64,000 nucleotides of DNA, taken from the NCBI GenBank assembly GCA_046155785.1, contig JBJXFR010000071.1:125-64124 (forward strand). Reading direction: 5' to 3'. Below the pieces are notes generated by a model. It was not told the DNA's origin. It was given only the letters and a program-made list of their open reading frames with translations, and searched no databases. This document shows, piece after piece, positions 59,452 to 64,000 of the stretch (position 1 is its first letter; every line of letters starts with the position of its first letter). This DNA comes from Blastocatellia bacterium (lineage in GTDB: Bacteria > Acidobacteriota > Blastocatellia > RBC074). The translations under genes and the position numbers were made by a program.

Positions 59452-60156
59452 TTATCCGCGACGCTGTTGGCCGCCTCTGAACTGATCTTGCTTCACATCT
59501 TCAGGCGTGGTTCCAAGCACGATTTCAAAGTGCGTAGCCAGTTCGCCAATCTTGGAATCCTTGATCGGTTTGAATTCGGTCGTCACCAAACTGGCTTTCT
59601 CTTTCAACCCTTTCCAGATGCCGTCCTTTTCATTTCCGGCAAAGCCTTTGACGTACAACTGAGTCGTCAGCATGCGCTTATCGCCCTGTTTGACGATGTA
59701 ATGAATGTGCGGAGCGCGTCCGGGATACGGAACCGGTTTGATCGTGCGGAAGTAATACTCGCCGGTCGAGCCGGTGACGAAACGGCCAAAGCCCTGAAAG
59801 TTCAAATCGGGCGTAACCTTGTTGGTGTCGCCCGTGTGAAGGTATTTGCCATTGTTGTCGCATTGCCAGATTTCGACGACGGCGTTTCGAACCGGTTCGC
59901 CTTTAGCGTTGAGCACTCGACCGGTCAGATGAGTGACCGCGCCGACAGCCGGCGTGATGCTGTCATTCAAAACCAGAAGGTCGTTGTCAGTGTCCAGCGG
60001 CAGTTTGTTGGGATAAAACGGCCCTTCGGTTTGGCGCGGAGTCTGCTGCAATTGCTGGGCGAATACGCCCGGCACGTAAAGCGCGGCTGTTCCGGCTGCG
60101 AGCGTCCAGGCTGCGCTGCCCAGAAAATCGCGGCGCGTGTAAATCGAATTGTTCAT
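59452..60156 (-). CDS. Tat-exported intradiol ring-cleavage dioxygenase-family protein
   Basis: AAGGAG SD. Twin-arginine YTRRDFLGSAAW. TEGPFYP and GRAPHIHY (Fe ligand region). Confidence 0.8.
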   Translation of the reverse strand: MNNSIYTRRDFLGSAAWTLAAGTAALYVPGVFAQQLQQTPRQTEGPFYPNKLPLDTDNDLLVLNDSITPAVGAVTHLTGRVLNAKGEPVRNAVVEIWQCDNNGKYLHTGDTNKVTPDLNFQGFGRFVTGSTGEYYFRTIKPVPYPGRAPHIHYIVKQGDKRMLTTQLYVKGFAGNEKDGIWKGLKEKASLVTTEFKPIKDSKIGELATHFEIVLGTTPEDVKQDQFRGGQQRRG

Positions 60157-60302
60157 GAATTGTTCTCCTTTGGAAGAAGTGGCGCAATTTTCCAAATTGA
60201 GCCACCGTACTGTGGAAGCAGGGTTGTTGGAATACGCCCTATGGTTTTTCTGAATTTATCTGACTTGCGATGCCGATACTACAAGAGACAACCCCAAGCC
60301 CG

Positions 60303-61001
60303 CTACGGTTTCTGAAGCCTGTGAAATAAGGTTGATCTGCCGCTGCCAAATCCTGCGGCTCTGAGAAATAACGAAAGCAACAGCGCCAGGCAAAGGCCAA
60401 TCAATAACGCACCTATCCAGCCAGGCCAGACACGGCCAGGCCAGACACGGCCATCAATGGCCAACACACTAAAACTCACCCGTAATCCGTGCTGCAATGC
60501 GTCGCGTTGCTGTCCGTTGATTTTTATCGCATCGGTTTGCGGAACCATGGCGTTGACCAGATAAACGCCTAGTTCCGGCAGATGGTCGTTGCGGAAAAAG
60601 AGTTGATGTTCGCCCGTCATGTTCAACGCCGCTTCCACCGCCAGGTTGAGGCGAATCGCGCCGTTGCCTTCGTTCATCTCGTGCCGCGTAGGAAATTGAA
60701 TCCCGGTCAGAGCCAACGGCGCGCGATGCCCGTCAACTTCCAGCGCCAGGTCTTGCAACACTTGCCGCGCATAAGCCTGTTCTTCCGCGGATGAAATTTG
60801 CCCGTCGCCATCAACATCAATCAGCGCAAAGACTCGCTCTGCCACTTGCGCGCCGGGAACCAAACGCAATTCGATGCGCGCGCCATCTGGCGTCAACGCG
60901 ATTTGCGTGACCTGCAAATACTGATCCAGCACGTGCGCCTTGATCGTCACTGACAAGACGCACGCACAGATCAAATTGAACAACAACCGCTTCATGTTCA
61001 T
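60303..61001 (-). CDS. Secreted, C-terminally membrane-anchored protein with an EF-hand loop
   Basis: Signal peptide MKRLLFNLICACVLS. DVDGDGQISSAEE Ca-binding loop. C-terminal TM IGALLIGLCLALLLSLFL. Contains a 15-bp tandem duplication (GRVWPGRVWPG). Confidence 0.6.
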   Translation of the reverse strand: MNMKRLLFNLICACVLSVTIKAHVLDQYLQVTQIALTPDGARIELRLVPGAQVAERVFALIDVDGDGQISSAEEQAYARQVLQDLALEVDGHRAPLALTGIQFPTRHEMNEGNGAIRLNLAVEAALNMTGEHQLFFRNDHLPELGVYLVNAMVPQTDAIKINGQQRDALQHGLRVSFSVLAIDGRVWPGRVWPGWIGALLIGLCLALLLSLFLRAAGFGSGRSTLFHRLQKP

Positions 61002-61011
61002 GGCTTCACCT

Positions 61012-62100
61012 TCATCGCTTGACCAGGCGCGCGCCGTAATCGTTGGTCGGGTCGCGGTAAATCGTGTGGATGTGTTCCGTACTTCCTTGCGGCGAAAATT
61101 CAATCAGCAGCGTCGGCCCTTGAATGCGATAGTAAGCCGTGCTGCCTTTGGTCGTCGGGCCGCTCCACGCAAAAAACGTTTGACTCAGATTGGCTTTGAT
61201 CTCGGCCATTTTCTTCGCTGCCGCTTCGTCATTAAGAATGCCGACCCATTCGTGGATTACATCCCAGAGTTGTTCTTGTTGCGCTTTATTCAAAGCTGAA
61301 ACCTTGATGCCTTCAGGTTGAATCGTCTTGCCGTCTTCGCCCGCGCCCAACACCAGATTGCGGACTTGATAAGGCAGAATCGCCTGCTTCTGTTGCTCGG
61401 CGTCAAGCGCGTTGATGAGCGCGAAGCCTTTGTCATATTCATCTCCCAGCGGCCTGACGGTCTCGCCGTTCATCTGAAACGTGCCGGGTTGCGTGGCGGG
61501 CAGACTCGGCGCCATCACATTGGCCTTGCCCGCCAGCGTCAGATTGATCGCCAGATGATGGCCGCCGAATTGCAGCATCCAGGGTTCGGTCAACGAAGGC
61601 GCGCCAAGCAAGGCCAGATAGTATTCATCGCGGCCAAACATTGGCCTGCCGCCGCGTCCACTTGCGCCAACACGCAGAACTTCGTCGCCTTCCATAATCT
61701 CTTTGACCTTTTGCAGCCCTGGCTTGCTCAACGCGGTTGCCAGCAGTTTCAGCGCGGCGTCACGTTGCGGTTGCGAAAGATCGCCCCAGCGCACGCCGTT
61801 GCGTGGGTTACCAACGCCTACCGGTAAATTCGTCCATCGGCTTTTCAGGTTGCTGTCGAAAGCCAGACTGACTTTGGCGCGTCCAGCGTCGTCCAGCGTT
61901 GCCAGAAAAACTTTGGCGGCGGCTACGGTTTTGCCGGTGGCGTCACTGTCTTTCGCCGGTTCAATCTTCAACGGCGTCGCGGGCGTCGTATTGATTTTTT
62001 GCGTCTGCTGTTGCGCCGTCATCGCTTGTTGGCGCCAAACCCAACCGGCGGAAAGCAGCACAAACAAACACAGTCCCGTAATGATGATCTTTCGTTTCAT
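61012..62100 (-). CDS. DUF3500-like secreted protein
   Basis: AAGGAG SD before ATG 62100. Signal peptide. LQFGGHHLAINL motif. The family assignment is from memory. Confidence 0.6.
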   Translation of the reverse strand: MKRKIIITGLCLFVLLSAGWVWRQQAMTAQQQTQKINTTPATPLKIEPAKDSDATGKTVAAAKVFLATLDDAGRAKVSLAFDSNLKSRWTNLPVGVGNPRNGVRWGDLSQPQRDAALKLLATALSKPGLQKVKEIMEGDEVLRVGASGRGGRPMFGRDEYYLALLGAPSLTEPWMLQFGGHHLAINLTLAGKANVMAPSLPATQPGTFQMNGETVRPLGDEYDKGFALINALDAEQQKQAILPYQVRNLVLGAGEDGKTIQPEGIKVSALNKAQQEQLWDVIHEWVGILNDEAAAKKMAEIKANLSQTFFAWSGPTTKGSTAYYRIQGPTLLIEFSPQGSTEHIHTIYRDPTNDYGARLVKR

Positions 62101-62209
62101 TGAATGCTCCTTTTGGTTTTTACCGAATTCGTTCGCCAAGAACGTACTGAAAAAAGCGCGACAACGGATAAGGCAATTCGCTTTTTCATGTTCGCCTTCA
62201 TTTGAACCC

Positions 62210-64000
62210 TCATTTGAAATTGACGGTTACAGTATTCGCGGTTTTGCCATCAACTCGCACCAACACGTCCAGATTGCCGCGTCCGGCCAGCGAACGAAGC
62301 AGGCGCAGATTCATTTGGTCAACGCCGACAAGATTGCCTTGCGCTCCGGCAAAAATCACCTCAGCGTTTGTCTCGCCTATCGTCGCCGTAACCGTAGCCA
62401 ACCCGCCGTTCAGACGAAAGCCAGTCCCGAAAGCTACCAGAAAAAGCTGGTCAGTTTGCGCGCCGAAATCAATCGGCGCCGGTTCGTAACGATTGGTGGC
62501 GGAATCAAATCGCGCTATGGCTTCGTAACTTTGCGCGCCATCGGCTTTGACGCGCAGCACAGTGGCCGCAGGCAGGCCGCGTCCGCTGGCATCAACCGTG
62601 AACAAACCGGGCGCAACTCGCGCAATCTGCAACAAGCCCGCGGCAACCGGATTGTTTTGGTTGTTGTTTTGCTTGATGAAAACCGCCGCTTCGCCGAGAG
62701 CAACGCCAGCGGGCAGTTGGTAATTGACCTGTCCGGGCGAAACGAAAAACAGAGGCGCGGCGCGCTCAACGCCCAGCACGTCTTTGATCGTTACAGTCAC
62801 ACCGCCCAGAGTTTCAGGCAGCGGCAAGCTGTTGGCGACAACCGTCGCCGACGCCAGATTAGCTCCGAAACCGGCCAGGATTGATTCAGGCGCGACTGTT
62901 CCCAACGCATAACTGGCGGCAGACAAGCTGGAAAAAGTCGGAGCGGTGTTGCTGCTGCTGCCGAAGATGGTGAATTTGAACGCGGGCGAAACGGCCACGC
63001 CCTGAGTTTCGTTGACGTACCAACGTCCGTAAAGCGTTTTGCCAACCAAACTGGCGTGATCGGGAATCGCCAGACTCACCGAACCGTGACCGTTGCCCGC
63101 GCCAGTTCCGCTGAGCGTCACCGATGTGTGCGCGAATGAAGCCGACGCGGGAACGCTCGTCGTCGCGCCGGGATCGTTTTCATCAATCACCAGAGTTGCC
63201 ATCGCGCCGCCCAGCGCGTTTTGCACTCCAACCGTGAAGCGCGGATTGCCGACGATTGGCGGTTCAATGGCGATGGCTTGCGGCGTTTGCCCGCCCGCTC
63301 CCGCAAGGCCGCTGCCGATGATTTGCGGTACGCGCATGGATTCGGAATACAGCATTGGACGATCAAATGGCGGCAACTCCGCCACGACGCGCGGGTCAGT
63401 CAGCGGACGTTTGAGAAAGGCTGCCAGATCGGCTTTTTGTTGCGCGGTCAGATTCAACGGGCGAACTTCGTTGCGATTGGTGTTGGGGCCGGGATGATCG
63501 CCGCCGCGATTGTAAAACTCCACCACATCTTCCAGCGTGTTGAAACGCCCGTTGTGAAAGTAAGGCGCGCGCAATTCGACGTTACGCAAACTGATCGAAC
63601 GAAAACGTCCGAGATCGTTTTGGTTATTCGTCACGGCGAAACGTCCGGGGTCATCTGCCTGCGGACGGACACCCGTGTTTTGAAATTGATTGGTTCCGAA
63701 CAGCGGCGAGTTGTGGCAATCGTTGCATTCGTTCGCGTTGAAGACCTGACGGCCACGAGCTTCCTGCTCCGTCAAATCGCCGCGATCAACCGGCGCGCGG
63801 TCGGAGTTGAGCGTGCGTTGATAAGTCGCCAATGCCAACGCCACACGCGCAGGCGTGATTTCCGGTGTGCCAAAAGCTTCGGCGAAAAGTTCGGGATAGC
63901 GGCGTTCGCCTATCCAGGCAACAAGCGCGGCGGGCACAGTCGGAGCTAGCGCCAGCGGTTTGACCGTGGCAACCCGCGCCACAAGATCGTTCACATCGCG
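62210..64000 (-). CDS. Di-haem cytochrome c peroxidase/MauG-family protein fused to Ig-like repeats and a Solibacter-type C-terminal domain (5' end outside the window)
   Basis: Second haem site CNDCHNSPLFGTNQFQNTG. SLRNVELRAPYFHNGRFNTLEDVV. The C-terminus ..APGLFTVDASGRG..AGAQGNLVGVDQMNLRL.. resembles the TIGR03437-type domain. The frame is open to the window edge. Confidence 0.8.
   Translation of the reverse strand, partial: RDVNDLVARVATVKPLALAPTVPAALVAWIGERRYPELFAEAFGTPEITPARVALALATYQRTLNSDRAPVDRGDLTEQEARGRQVFNANECNDCHNSPLFGTNQFQNTGVRPQADDPGRFAVTNNQNDLGRFRSISLRNVELRAPYFHNGRFNTLEDVVEFYNRGGDHPGPNTNRNEVRPLNLTAQQKADLAAFLKRPLTDPRVVAELPPFDRPMLYSESMRVPQIIGSGLAGAGGQTPQAIAIEPPIVGNPRFTVGVQNALGGAMATLVIDENDPGATTSVPASASFAHTSVTLSGTGAGNGHGSVSLAIPDHASLVGKTLYGRWYVNETQGVAVSPAFKFTIFGSSSNTAPTFSSLSAASYALGTVAPESILAGFGANLASATVVANSLPLPETLGGVTVTIKDVLGVERAAPLFFVSPGQVNYQLPAGVALGEAAVFIKQNNNQNNPVAAGLLQIARVAPGLFTVDASGRGLPAATVLRVKADGAQSYEAIARFDSATNRYEPAPIDFGAQTDQLFLVAFGTGFRLNGGLATVTATIGETNAEVIFAGAQGNLVGVDQMNLRLLRSLAGRGNLDVLVRVDGKTANTVTVNFK

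Noticed and set aside
61703-62884. 393-aa plus-strand ORF crossing the DUF3500 and peroxidase genes
   Set aside because: It crosses an intergenic gap and two supported minus-strand genes, and it has no SD or motif.

Overview
This is a gene-dense chromosomal segment with about 60 CDS and one initiator tRNA-Met. It most likely comes from an Acidobacteriota-type genome. The supporting content is a PSCyt/DUF1549/DUF1553 protein plus a DUF1501 protein, a GWxTD protein, an acidobacterial-type VWA protein, a Solibacter-type C-terminal domain, a CarboxypepD_reg-type TonB receptor and several PQQ-like beta-propellers. Housekeeping and envelope genes include waaC, gmhB, nfi, slyD-like, glpX, tdk, dgoK/dgoA, a DsbD-like protein and a Lol-like ABC module. 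There is also a sigma-54 activator, cupredoxin, histidine kinase and receiver cluster, and many secreted proteins. I found no CRISPR array, prophage or canonical defence system. The signals I rate highest are these. (1) A DsbA/FrnE-like oxidoreductase has an in-frame TGA exactly at the first Cys of its CxxC motif. It has a strong SD upstream and a SECIS-like hairpin downstream, so it is a candidate UxxC selenoprotein. (2) Several families of short palindromic, often heptad- or nonamer-periodic, repeat elements lie in intergenic spacers. One copy carries a GxxExxY (PD-(D/E)XK) gene between its arms. One element is inserted in frame inside the conserved DUF1553 domain. An identical 33-nt heptanucleotide array is embedded in frame in two unrelated genes. 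(3) An IS200-type Y1 transposase with REP-like inverted flanks and AT-richer cargo interrupts a sugar-oxidoreductase cluster. All functional calls come from reading motifs by eye; no database search was run.
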